Source: an uncultured Phycisphaeraceae bacterium | GTDB lineage: Bacteria > Planctomycetota > Phycisphaerae > Phycisphaerales > UBA1924 | DNA length: 64,000 nucleotides | NCBI GenBank assembly: GCA_964425995.1 | Contig: CAYRPC010000001.1 | Span: forward strand, 40,254-104,253 | Direction: 5' to 3' | Shown here: positions 45,587 to 54,135 of the stretch, piece after piece | How the letters are laid out: each line of letters begins with the position of its first letter | Position numbering within the stretch: the first letter of the stretch is position 1 | Program-made: the position numbers and the translations under genes | Notes under the pieces: model-generated | What the model was told of the DNA's origin: nothing | Seen by the model: the letters and a program-made list of their open reading frames with translations, nothing else | Databases searched by the model: none

Positions 45587-46642
45587 ATGCAGTACTTCTT
45601 CGCGGCGGTGGTTCTAGCAACCGGGGTTGCCTTTGGACAAGTGCCAGCGGCACCGATGCACGAGCGTGTTGATGCGGGACGCGTGATGGACTTCCTCCGC
45701 GCACTTCCGACCAAACGCTCATCGACTGGTGACGAGGAACATTTGCAGGGTCTGCGAGAGACTGAGCGATTGATCGAGCGCGACCTGAAAGCGATCGGCT
45801 ATCAGCCCACGCTGTGGCCATTCACATTTGGTAAGGGGCAGCATCCGCTCGACGACGAGCCGGGAGTAGAGAACCCAGAGGGCAACCAGTGGCACAACAT
45901 CATTGCTGAAGTCATTGGTACCGAGAAACCCGAGGAGATCGTGATAATCGGTGCCCACTTTGATGCCGTGCCCAATTCACCCGGGGCCGACGACAATGGC
46001 ACGGGCACCGCAGCAACGATGGAGTTGGCGAGAATCTTTCACGGTACCAAACCGAAGCGGACATTGCGGTTTGTCTTCTTCAATTGCGAAGAGCCGGGCT
46101 TGATCGGAAGCCGCAAGTATGCGATGGCCGCGAAACGGGCGATGGAGAAGACAGCCCAGGAAGGCAAGCCACCTCGCAAAGTGGTTGCGATGCTGAGCCT
46201 GGAGATGCTGGGGTACTACTGCGACGAGGCAGGGTGTCAGAAGTCACCGATTCCTCCGATTCCCGGGGTGTGGGAGCCGCCAACGGAGGGGAACTTTCTG
46301 GCAATTGCGACGACCGTCTCGCACAACTGGCTGGGCGAACTGATTGAACGGGAGTGGAAGAAGGCGCAGCCCGATTTCAACCTGGTTCGCCCCAACTTTG
46401 TGCCCGATGTGCCCAACACGCCTGCGGACTTGCTGCGCAGCGATCATGCTCCGTTCCTGTTTCTTGGCGTGCCAGCGGCGATCATCGCGGACACGGCGAA
46501 CTTCCGAAACCCCCACTATCACCAGCCGACTGACACGGTGACGACAATCGACGAGAAGCGATTCGTGAGCGCGGTGCGTGGGTTGGCTGGCGTAGTAGAC
46601 GAGTTGGGCAGTGGAGAGATTGGGAGAGGTCAAGCAAAGTGA
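45587..46642 (+). CDS. M28-family Zn aminopeptidase (secreted)
   Basis: Start ATG 45587 gives the signal peptide MQYFFAAVVLATGVAFGQ. IIGAHFDAV, GADDNGTGTAATMELARIF, FFNCEEPGLIGS, HYHQPTD. Confidence 0.85.
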   Translation: MQYFFAAVVLATGVAFGQVPAAPMHERVDAGRVMDFLRALPTKRSSTGDEEHLQGLRETERLIERDLKAIGYQPTLWPFTFGKGQHPLDDEPGVENPEGNQWHNIIAEVIGTEKPEEIVIIGAHFDAVPNSPGADDNGTGTAATMELARIFHGTKPKRTLRFVFFNCEEPGLIGSRKYAMAAKRAMEKTAQEGKPPRKVVAMLSLEMLGYYCDEAGCQKSPIPPIPGVWEPPTEGNFLAIATTVSHNWLGELIEREWKKAQPDFNLVRPNFVPDVPNTPADLLRSDHAPFLFLGVPAAIIADTANFRNPHYHQPTDTVTTIDEKRFVSAVRGLAGVVDELGSGEIGRGQAK

Positions 46643-46698
46643 AGAAGAAACGCGGTGATGGAATAAAGAAGTTCGTGCGTACCGCGCCGGATACTGCT

Positions 46699-48531
46699 TC
46701 AAGCAATGATTTTTCGCCGCTGGTTCACATAATCCCAGACTACGTAGCGATCGAGGTCGCGGCCTGCTGTAAAGAAAACACGCCCCTTGGTCTGTTCGGC
46801 AAGGCGATGAGCAAAGCGGATGTCCTCTTCGCTCTGGCTCCAACTTGGCAATAGGAAGATGTTGATGGTGATTCCAAGTTTCTGGCAGAGCGCGGCTTCA
46901 CGCATGGTGGCTTGCTCGGTGAGCGGATCGGGCGGGTAGAGGAAGAAGAGTTCCTTGCCCTCAAAATGTGCCGTAGGTAGACCGTCTGTGATAAGGATGA
47001 TCTGGCGATTGGGCGTTTGCTGGGCTTGCAGGACCTGCCGCGAGAGTTGGAGCGCGTGCTGGATGTTGGTGAAGTGCTGGGGCAATTGCATCTCGCTGAT
47101 GCGCGGGTCGCTCATGTCGGCCTTGAGGCGAACGCGCGGCGAGTGGATGCTCACGAGTTTGGGCAGAATCGACGGAACTTCGCTGGCGTGACGGATTTTG
47201 GCAACGCTGTACATCTCGACGTAACTGACATGATCGCCCGGATACTCGCTGCGGATCAGGCCATCCATGGCGAGGGCCATGCGCTTTACGTTGATGTACT
47301 GGCCGTCGTAGCGCATGCTGCCGGACATGTCCATGCAGATGGCGGTGGCGCACTTGGGATGGTTGCGGGTCAGATGGATGGAGAGGTCGGTGGCGAGAAG
47401 CGAGTAGGCGAACGAGGAAGGCAGGGAGCGAGGGGAAGATTGATCGCGGGAGGTGATGTCGCTTGGATTGCTTGCTTGTCCAACGCGGGCTATCCCGTTC
47501 AGAAGCGTCCCGACGACATCCACGTTGGACGCGCTGTCACCAAACTCAAAGGGCTTGGTCTTCTCGATTTCAACCGCACCATCACCCGTGATGTTGGTGT
47601 CGTGCCGGCCGCTTCGTGCGGCTTGCAGACTGGTGAAAATCTCGGAGAGCAGTTTCTTCTGAAAGACTCGCAGTGCGCCAGGGGTCAGGCGGAACCCGTC
47701 CTTGGTACGCTCGATGCCCTGTCGCTCTGCTTCCTGGCGGATGTAGTCTTGAATCTGCTGCTGGAGTTTGTTGAGGGATTCCATCTGACCCATCTGTTCT
47801 TCCAGTTCGGCGAACTGGGCCAGCTCTTCCATGTCGATGATCGCGAGTTGTGCGCTCTTTTCGGCTTCTTTCAGTTGTTCTAGCAGTTTGTCGATGGTTT
47901 CGAGTTCTTCCTTTACGGCAAGGGCTTCGTCGATTGTCAGTGGCTCGCGTCCAGTGAAGGCATACGAGTTGGCCAGTTCCTCGATCTGGTACTTCGCGGC
48001 CAGCCCCTGCATCAAGCCCATGAGTGCCTGGGAAGCGGGAGATTGGTCGTTCTTCTGGGCGTACCAGAGTTTTTCCAGGTCGGCGAGTTGCTCCTCGCGT
48101 GTGGCTTTTTCGAACTGCTTTCGAAACTTATCGGGAATGTCCTTGCGTGATTCCTCGACCCCTTCGTGATAGCCACGCAACGCGGCCTTCTGGACGGAAT
48201 CGGTTTCGTAGGTGGCAAGGATGCGGCGTTTACGCTCTTCAAGCATGGCTCGGAGCGCGCCTAGGGATGGCCCAAGTTGCGGGAACATCGAGGGATCAAT
48301 CCGAATTGCACGGGCCAGTTCTTCCTCGGTCAGTTCCCGCATATCGCCATACGCGAGCATGTGCTCCATCATCTGCCCAGCAATGTCGGGCGGCGGGGCT
48401 GTGGGCGAGGGGAAGTCCTTGGGGTCGTAGCGCTGATAGGAATGTATCAACCCGCCAAGACCGTTGGTCACGGATGGCAGAGGGGTTACGGGGGTTACTG
48501 GTTGCTTGGATTCGTCTTCGTGCATCGGCAT
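46699..48531 (-). CDS. vWA-domain protein (CoxE/COG4867-like)
   Basis: Start set at ATG 48531 (MPMHEDESK). Long coiled/acidic N-terminal region. C-terminal vWA with MIDAS D-x-S-x-S (CMDMSGSM) and ILITDG. Confidence 0.75.
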   Translation of the reverse strand: MPMHEDESKQPVTPVTPLPSVTNGLGGLIHSYQRYDPKDFPSPTAPPPDIAGQMMEHMLAYGDMRELTEEELARAIRIDPSMFPQLGPSLGALRAMLEERKRRILATYETDSVQKAALRGYHEGVEESRKDIPDKFRKQFEKATREEQLADLEKLWYAQKNDQSPASQALMGLMQGLAAKYQIEELANSYAFTGREPLTIDEALAVKEELETIDKLLEQLKEAEKSAQLAIIDMEELAQFAELEEQMGQMESLNKLQQQIQDYIRQEAERQGIERTKDGFRLTPGALRVFQKKLLSEIFTSLQAARSGRHDTNITGDGAVEIEKTKPFEFGDSASNVDVVGTLLNGIARVGQASNPSDITSRDQSSPRSLPSSFAYSLLATDLSIHLTRNHPKCATAICMDMSGSMRYDGQYINVKRMALAMDGLIRSEYPGDHVSYVEMYSVAKIRHASEVPSILPKLVSIHSPRVRLKADMSDPRISEMQLPQHFTNIQHALQLSRQVLQAQQTPNRQIILITDGLPTAHFEGKELFFLYPPDPLTEQATMREAALCQKLGITINIFLLPSWSQSEEDIRFAHRLAEQTKGRVFFTAGRDLDRYVVWDYVNQRRKIIA

Positions 48532-48707
48532 AGTTGATTCTTTGATGCCAGCAATGGAATCAGGCCTGCGGCCACAGCCGTAAATAGCCCTGCAAAGATT
48601 GGCGCGTCCCTGCTCCCAATGAGTTCGAAGCCCAAACCCAAACCGATGAGGAGCGCAAGGCCAAGGATGATGCCGATGATCAACGCGAGCAGGCCGCGAT
48701 TGCGCAT
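48495..48707 (-). CDS. small two-helix membrane protein (candidate)
   Basis: ATG 48707 is preceded by GGAGG 5 nt upstream (minus strand). It begins MRNRGLLALIIGIILGLALLIGLGLGF...FAGLFTAVAAGLIPLL. It overlaps the proposed vWA start by 37 nt. Confidence 0.35.
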   Translation of the reverse strand: MRNRGLLALIIGIILGLALLIGLGLGFELIGSRDAPIFAGLFTAVAAGLIPLLASKNQLCRCTKTNPSNQ

Positions 48708-49063
48708 GAAAACCTCCGCTCGGTTGAACGCATGAAACGGTTGTAGGTTCCTGGGTGGAGTGTGACGCTGCACTGCCAAACTTGGATACACCAAACCGCA
48801 AAGGTCATTTGCAACACATCTCCATATCTCACAGTAGTTTACAAATACCCTGCAATTTGGCTAGGGGCCATTATCCGGACTATTGAGTGTTCTCAGTCCA
48901 TCGATTGAGGCCTGTGGCGTTTGCACAAACCTTGGACGGTGCAGGACATCGTTCCTTGGGTTGGTCGGACGGATAACCCGCGAGAATGTCGTAAGTTCCC
49001 TTGATTGAGCCTTGGGGATATCCGATGTTTCCGGATGTAGGCCCTAGTCACAGGAGTCGTCTC

Positions 49064-49429
49064 ATGCACACCACTTCGTCCACACGTCGCTCTCCCAGCT
49101 GGTATACCAACGCGGCGCTGTCCGCCATCGCCCTGCTTCTGGGTTTGCACCTGTTGCAGGCCTCGAATGTTCCGCTTGATCGCATGGCATCGGCACAGGA
49201 CGAAACGCCCCGTCCCGACAAGGTGACGATCGTGGGCAATCGTCCGGTCGCGGACGAGAGCAACGGGCTGATCTCCGCCGCTGAACAGCGCAAGCAAATC
49301 ATCAGCGAGTTGAAGACCATCAACAGCCGCCTGGAGCGCGTCGAGTCGGCGCTGGCCCGGGGCATCAACGTGAACGTCAAGTCGATGCCCGCCCAGCCGA
49401 AGGACGCGCCGAAGACCGAGGGCAAGTAA
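49064..49429 (+). CDS. single-pass membrane protein, unknown function
   Basis: ATG 49064 with AGGAG 7 nt upstream. TM helix NAALSAIALLLGLHLL, then a short coiled segment (AAEQRKQIISELKTINSRLERVESAL). Confidence 0.45.
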   Translation: MHTTSSTRRSPSWYTNAALSAIALLLGLHLLQASNVPLDRMASAQDETPRPDKVTIVGNRPVADESNGLISAAEQRKQIISELKTINSRLERVESALARGINVNVKSMPAQPKDAPKTEGK

Positions 49430-49478
49430 GCGTCGGGACGACCGAGTCGTCTGCCAGCGTGGCCGGAGGTCAGTGTTC

Positions 49479-50015
49479 ATGGTGCGCACAAGCAATTCAT
49501 CGCCTCGCAACTGTTCTCACGGGTACACGCTCGTGGAGATGCTGATCGTCGTCGTGCTGATGGGCATCGCCGCGGCGATGGTCATTCCCAGCATGGCCCA
49601 GGCCAGCGGATTCAAGGTGCAGGGGGCACTTCGCATGATCGTGGCGGACATCACTGTCATGCAGAGCGACGCCGTGGCATTCCAGGAAAGCCGGGCTCTC
49701 GTGTTCCTTCCAACAGGCGATGGGACTCGCTACATGATGTGCGAAGCCAACGGCGCTACGCCCGACACGACGACGGGCATCATCCAGCGTCGATACATCG
49801 GCGGCCAGACCTACGGCATGGCGCGAGTTACTTCGACGACTGGCATGGCGAACAACACGCTGGTCTTTGATGCACTCGGCGGCCCGATTCGTCAGGGCGC
49901 GGGCGGGGTTGAGCCCGCACCGACCGCGACCGTGATTGTGAACGGCTCCAATCAGAACTGGCAGATATCCGTCGAAGCCTTCACAGGACGGGTGACTATC
50001 CAGAACCTGAACTGA
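49479..50015 (+). CDS. prepilin-type N-terminal cleavage/methylation protein, GspH/FimT-like minor pseudopilin
   Basis: G-YTLVEMLIVVVLMGIAAAMVIPS class-III signal. Length and C-terminal beta-rich domain are like GspH/FimT. GGAGG lies 9 nt upstream of ATG 49479 (the track ORF opens at GTG 49473). Confidence 0.8.
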   Translation: MVRTSNSSPRNCSHGYTLVEMLIVVVLMGIAAAMVIPSMAQASGFKVQGALRMIVADITVMQSDAVAFQESRALVFLPTGDGTRYMMCEANGATPDTTTGIIQRRYIGGQTYGMARVTSTTGMANNTLVFDALGGPIRQGAGGVEPAPTATVIVNGSNQNWQISVEAFTGRVTIQNLN

Positions 50016-50052
50016 ATCGAAGTTGGTGCAAAGACAGGACGTGGAGAAGCAC

Positions 50053-50292
50053 ATGGATCAGCAGCAGTCCAACCAGTTCGGCACGACCTGCCACTCGGCA
50101 AAGCCCAACCCTCGGCGCGTTATGGTTGCTGTGTTCACGTGCGCGTTGACGGGCGGTCTGGCCCTGCTCATCTGGACCAAGTTGCGATTGGTGACGGGCG
50201 TGCCTCGCACGGCATATGCGGAGCCGGCCAAGGAACGTCCAGAGTCGAAGCCTGCTCCCAAGCCAATGCAACAGGCTCAGGAACAGGACTAG
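50053..50292 (+). CDS. small single-pass membrane protein with Pro/Lys-rich tail
   Basis: ATG 50053 with GGAG 6 nt upstream. TM VMVAVFTCALTGGLALLIW. Sits 38 nt downstream of the pseudopilin gene. Confidence 0.4.
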   Translation: MDQQQSNQFGTTCHSAKPNPRRVMVAVFTCALTGGLALLIWTKLRLVTGVPRTAYAEPAKERPESKPAPKPMQQAQEQD

Positions 50293-50306
50293 GACTAGGA
50301 CTAGGA
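50285..50306 (+). repeat. hexamer repeat AGGACT x3.7 giving three in-frame TAG codons
   Basis: Read directly: ...cag gac TAG gac TAG gac TAG ga. The first TAG is the stop of the 50053 ORF. Confidence 0.9.
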
Positions 50307-50444
50307 AATGGTCCCAGGATCGTCGCTCGATGCGTCGCTGAACCATTAGTCAGCGCCAGATTCAAGGGGCGGCAACCAATTGCTCGTGCAATCTGGGAAG
50401 CATTTGCCACTCTCACCTGTGTCAATCTCTATCTTTTCAACAGG

Positions 50445-50903
50445 CTATGTCACCATCAGTTTGTAGCCCCATGCAGCCAAGAAGAGGCCTGCGATCACCC
50501 AAAGCGTTCGCGGACGCAGCAGTGGTTCAAGCATCTGATCTATCCTGGCTCCAAGGATCGCCGCGTGCAGTGATGCGAAAAGCACTACGGGCGTGAGGAT
50601 CGCGAGCAGTGCTCCCATGGGTTGAGCTCGAAACGCGAGGATCAATTCCATTCGAACGGTGTGCGCGAAAGCGGTGGTCATGCCGCAGGTCATGCAAGGG
50701 CGACCGAACATCAGGACCCATCCGCACTGGGGCAGACCCAGTTGCGTGTGCGTGCCCATGCCGCGAGCGTTTGGCGTGATGGAGGCCGCGATGATGAGCA
50801 GGGCGATACAGGCGGCTGCGATGATCACTGCGCCGACTCGCATGGGAATGGGGACGGATTGGGACAAAACGACAAGGCGGGGTGCGGCTTGGATTTGTGT
50901 CAT
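50445..50903 (-). CDS. DUF2752-family membrane protein
   Basis: Start set at ATG 50903, 4 nt after the upstream stop. Characteristic C-x9-C-x2-C-G-x-T (CGWVLMFGRPCMTCGMTTAF) followed by TM helices. Confidence 0.7.
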   Translation of the reverse strand: MTQIQAAPRLVVLSQSVPIPMRVGAVIIAAACIALLIIAASITPNARGMGTHTQLGLPQCGWVLMFGRPCMTCGMTTAFAHTVRMELILAFRAQPMGALLAILTPVVLFASLHAAILGARIDQMLEPLLRPRTLWVIAGLFLAAWGYKLMVT

Positions 50904-50907
50904 GTGT

Positions 50908-51879
50908 TCATGGGTTGAGGTGCCCAAGATGCTTGAGGTCATTGATTGGCTCATCGAACGCACAACTGCCGAAACTGAGTGCGAATGCTTCACGGGTTTG
51001 TGCAACGCGTGCGGTTTCGATCAGGTAACTGTTCCAACCCAGGACCTGGTCGCTGAACTTGAATGCAGCAGGGTCTTCTTCCAAAAGGATTGATTGCGTG
51101 GTGCGGTCGTCGATGCGCTGCTCACGCACCAGCGCGGCGGCGATGAACAGATTCAGGAAGCCGTGCATAACGCACGATGGACTGTCCTTCTCGTAGGTCA
51201 GTCGCTGGCTGCCCCGCACCGGATGGTGCAAACCTGCGGTGGCCTTGAATGGCACCTCACAAAGAGCACAGGCGTGCAGGAAGGCGCTGACCTCCGCCGG
51301 TTGCGGAAAGGCATCGCCGACAATGCCGCCAGTCCGAATCTTGGCACCGGCGGGGCTGCCCGAGAGGGCAGTCACGAAACCTCGACAATCGGTGGTCACG
51401 GGAAACTCAAAGAAAGGAAAGAGGCCCTCTTCGATTTGATCGAGTATTGGATCGAGTTGATCGGGGGAAGTGACCTTGATCTCGAGCATATCGACCTCGC
51501 ACCAGCCGTTGCGTTCGTCGCGGTGCTTGGTGTTGAAGGCGTGGATGATCTCCAGACTTTCCTGGATGCTGTCCTCGACTGCGAGTTTGGGATTTGGATC
51601 AACGAGCACCGAGAGGCGCCAAGGCTCGCCCGCGTCGGCCATCTCTCGGTAGCCGCTGGTGGCGAATGTGCCGGGCATGTATGGAGCCGCCAATTGCTCG
51701 AATTCGGCTAATCTGGCGAGCGGGCAGATGAAGCGTCCCAGCATCCACTCATGCTCACCAATTCGAGAACGGTTGTAGGTCTCGACGGCTTGCTGCATGC
51801 CAAACTTCGCGGGCGGGAAAAGACCCGCATAGTCGATGAGATCGGCGAGGAGGGTTCGGAGGGAGGCAACGGGCATCAT
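50908..51879 (-). CDS. conserved hypothetical protein (enzyme-like, unknown function)
   Basis: Track ORF extends to 52191. Start set at ATG 51879 (MMPVASLRTLLADLIDYAGLFPPA). Conserved-looking motifs AKIRTGG, FKATAGLHHPVRG and HGFLN. No family name recalled. Confidence 0.6.
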   Translation of the reverse strand: MMPVASLRTLLADLIDYAGLFPPAKFGMQQAVETYNRSRIGEHEWMLGRFICPLARLAEFEQLAAPYMPGTFATSGYREMADAGEPWRLSVLVDPNPKLAVEDSIQESLEIIHAFNTKHRDERNGWCEVDMLEIKVTSPDQLDPILDQIEEGLFPFFEFPVTTDCRGFVTALSGSPAGAKIRTGGIVGDAFPQPAEVSAFLHACALCEVPFKATAGLHHPVRGSQRLTYEKDSPSCVMHGFLNLFIAAALVREQRIDDRTTQSILLEEDPAAFKFSDQVLGWNSYLIETARVAQTREAFALSFGSCAFDEPINDLKHLGHLNP

Positions 51880-51982
51880 GGATGGTAATCGTGGAAAGAG
51901 CGTGAAGCGACAGAGAGGCTTGAAGGGGTGACGGGCGATGTCACATCTCGAAAGAGTCCGCAACCTCCTATGCTGGCCCGCC

Positions 51983-53413
51983 ATGATCGACCTGAAAGCA
52001 CTGCGTGAAAATCCGGCCCGGTTTGCCCTGGGCGCGAAGGCCAAGGGCGTGTCCGTCGACATAGACAAGTTGCTCGCACTGGACGGCGAGAAACGCACGG
52101 TGACGATGGAACGAGAGAAACTGCGTGCAGAGCAGAATCGGTTGTCGAAGGAGGCAGGACCACAGATCGGAAAGTTACAAGGGCAACTCAAGATCGCATC
52201 TGGTGATGCTCGGGCATCGCTGGAGAAGCAGTTGGAAGAGTTGAAGAACGCGCCAGCAAAGATGAAGGCAGGGATTCAGGAACTGGAGGCACGGGAGCAA
52301 GCGTTAGAACCCGCGATTCGAGAGTTGCTGCTCCAAGTGCCGCTGCCTCCAGATAGTGATGTGCCGGTTGGTGTGGGCAGCGAAGGCAACGTGGAGGTCA
52401 AGCGTTGGAATCCGCCCGCGAGCTCGCTGCTGCCCAACGGCTTTGATATGACCAAGAGCTTCGAGATTAATAAAGGATTCAAGCCAAAGAATCATATCGA
52501 ACTGGTGCGGGATTTGAAACTGTGTGACTTTGAACGCGGCGTGAAACTCGCAGGATCACGCAGCTACATTCTCACGGGTATGGGTATGCGACTGCACATG
52601 GCGGTGCAGCGGTATGCGATTGACTTCATGGTCTCGAAGCATGGCTTCACGCCTATGAGCGTGCCGACCTTGGTGCGCGAGGAGACGATGGTGGGCACCG
52701 GCTTCTTCCCTGCGGGGCGCGAACAGGCGTATCACATCGAGGAATCCAAGCGGGGTGGCGGATACGACCAGTACCTGACTGGCACGGGCGAAGTCGGCCT
52801 GATGGGCGTTCACATGGACGAGATCATTGATGAGGCCCAATTGCCAATCAAGTATGTGACGGTTTCTGCTTGCTACCGGCGCGAGGCCGGCGCGGCGGGC
52901 AAGGACACTGCGGGGCTTTACCGCATTCACCAATTCGACAAGGTTGAACAGGTGGTGATCTGCAAGGCCGACGAAGCCGAGAGCCGGGCGTGGCACAAGA
53001 GGATGATCGGGTTTGTGGAGGAACTGTTGCAGAGCATGGAGATTCCCTACCGGCTCTTGCAATGTTGCACGGGGGACCTTGGGATCAAGAATGCGGACAT
53101 GATTGATATTGAGAGTTGGATGCCCGGCAGGGGAGAGGCATCTGGCAAAGGCGGTCCGACCGGCGACTTTGGCGAGACGCACAGTGCGTCGCGGTTGTAC
53201 GACTTCCAGTGCCGAAGGCTGAACACGCGGTATCGGGCAGGGGGGGAAGCGGGGAAGGGCGAGACAGTCTTCTGTCACAGCCTCAACAACACGGTGCTGG
53301 CATCGCCTCGATTCTTGATTCCACTGCTTGAGATGCACCAGCAAGCGGATGGAAGCGTGCGAGTGCCAGGCGTGCTGGTGCCATATACGGGCGGCATCGA
53401 TCGGATCGGCTGA
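51983..53413 (+). CDS. serS: serine--tRNA ligase
   Basis: Start ATG 51983 (MIDLKALRENP). Coiled-coil arm. TGEVGLMG, motif 2 CYRREAGAAGKDTAGLYRIHQFDKVE. Confidence 0.95.
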   Translation: MIDLKALRENPARFALGAKAKGVSVDIDKLLALDGEKRTVTMEREKLRAEQNRLSKEAGPQIGKLQGQLKIASGDARASLEKQLEELKNAPAKMKAGIQELEAREQALEPAIRELLLQVPLPPDSDVPVGVGSEGNVEVKRWNPPASSLLPNGFDMTKSFEINKGFKPKNHIELVRDLKLCDFERGVKLAGSRSYILTGMGMRLHMAVQRYAIDFMVSKHGFTPMSVPTLVREETMVGTGFFPAGREQAYHIEESKRGGGYDQYLTGTGEVGLMGVHMDEIIDEAQLPIKYVTVSACYRREAGAAGKDTAGLYRIHQFDKVEQVVICKADEAESRAWHKRMIGFVEELLQSMEIPYRLLQCCTGDLGIKNADMIDIESWMPGRGEASGKGGPTGDFGETHSASRLYDFQCRRLNTRYRAGGEAGKGETVFCHSLNNTVLASPRFLIPLLEMHQQADGSVRVPGVLVPYTGGIDRIG

Positions 53414-53986
53414 TTACTGGCGACTGATACGACCCTGACGATCTAGTTCTGATTCGATCTTCTGCATCGCCTCGTCAATAGAACATTCGTCGACTTGCAC
53501 CACCACATCCGCGAGCGTGAGGTAGAGCGGATCACGCTGCAAGAAAATCTTGGGAACCTCCAAGATCGGGTCTTCGCCAGTCAGCGATGGGCGATTGGCA
53601 ATTGGGTCGCCTGATGCGGCGCGGAGTCGCTGCTGGAGCGTTTGGGGCTTGGCCCGAAGATAGATCGTCAGGGCGTGGCCCTTGGTGCGAGCGTCCTGCA
53701 TCAAAGCGGCGGCGCCCGGCGCCGTCGGTGTCCCACCACCCAAGGCGAGCACGAGCGGATTGGTGCGTCGCAACGCATCTTGGAGCAGGCTAGCGAGGCA
53801 TCGTGCCTCAGTATCTCGGAATGCGCCGACACCATGCTTCGTCCAGGCGTCATGCACATTCACGCTCTTCAGAGATGTCATGACGAGCATGTCGAGATCG
53901 CTCCAGTCGCATCCGATCTTCTTGGCAAGAAGTGGCGCAAGCGTTGTTTTACCGCTGCATCGCAGGCCCAGGAGTAGCACAAGCAT
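53414..53986 (-). CDS. aroK: shikimate kinase
   Basis: Start ATG 53986 (MLVLLLGLRCSGKTTLA, a P-loop). DLD, FRDTE, LGGG. The stop codon abuts the serS stop with no intervening base. Confidence 0.85.
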   Translation of the reverse strand: MLVLLLGLRCSGKTTLAPLLAKKIGCDWSDLDMLVMTSLKSVNVHDAWTKHGVGAFRDTEARCLASLLQDALRRTNPLVLALGGGTPTAPGAAALMQDARTKGHALTIYLRAKPQTLQQRLRAASGDPIANRPSLTGEDPILEVPKIFLQRDPLYLTLADVVVQVDECSIDEAMQKIESELDRQGRISRQ

Positions 53987-54135
53987 GCCCAAGCGTAGAG
54001 AGATCAGGTAGTGATCGGACGGACCGATGCACACCTGTTTGTGTTGGTGTACCATGGAGCGGTCAAGCCCCTGATCGCTGATTTCGGCGTCGAGCGCGAC
54101 AATGCGCTCGCGTTTATTCTGTTGGACTCTTCACC

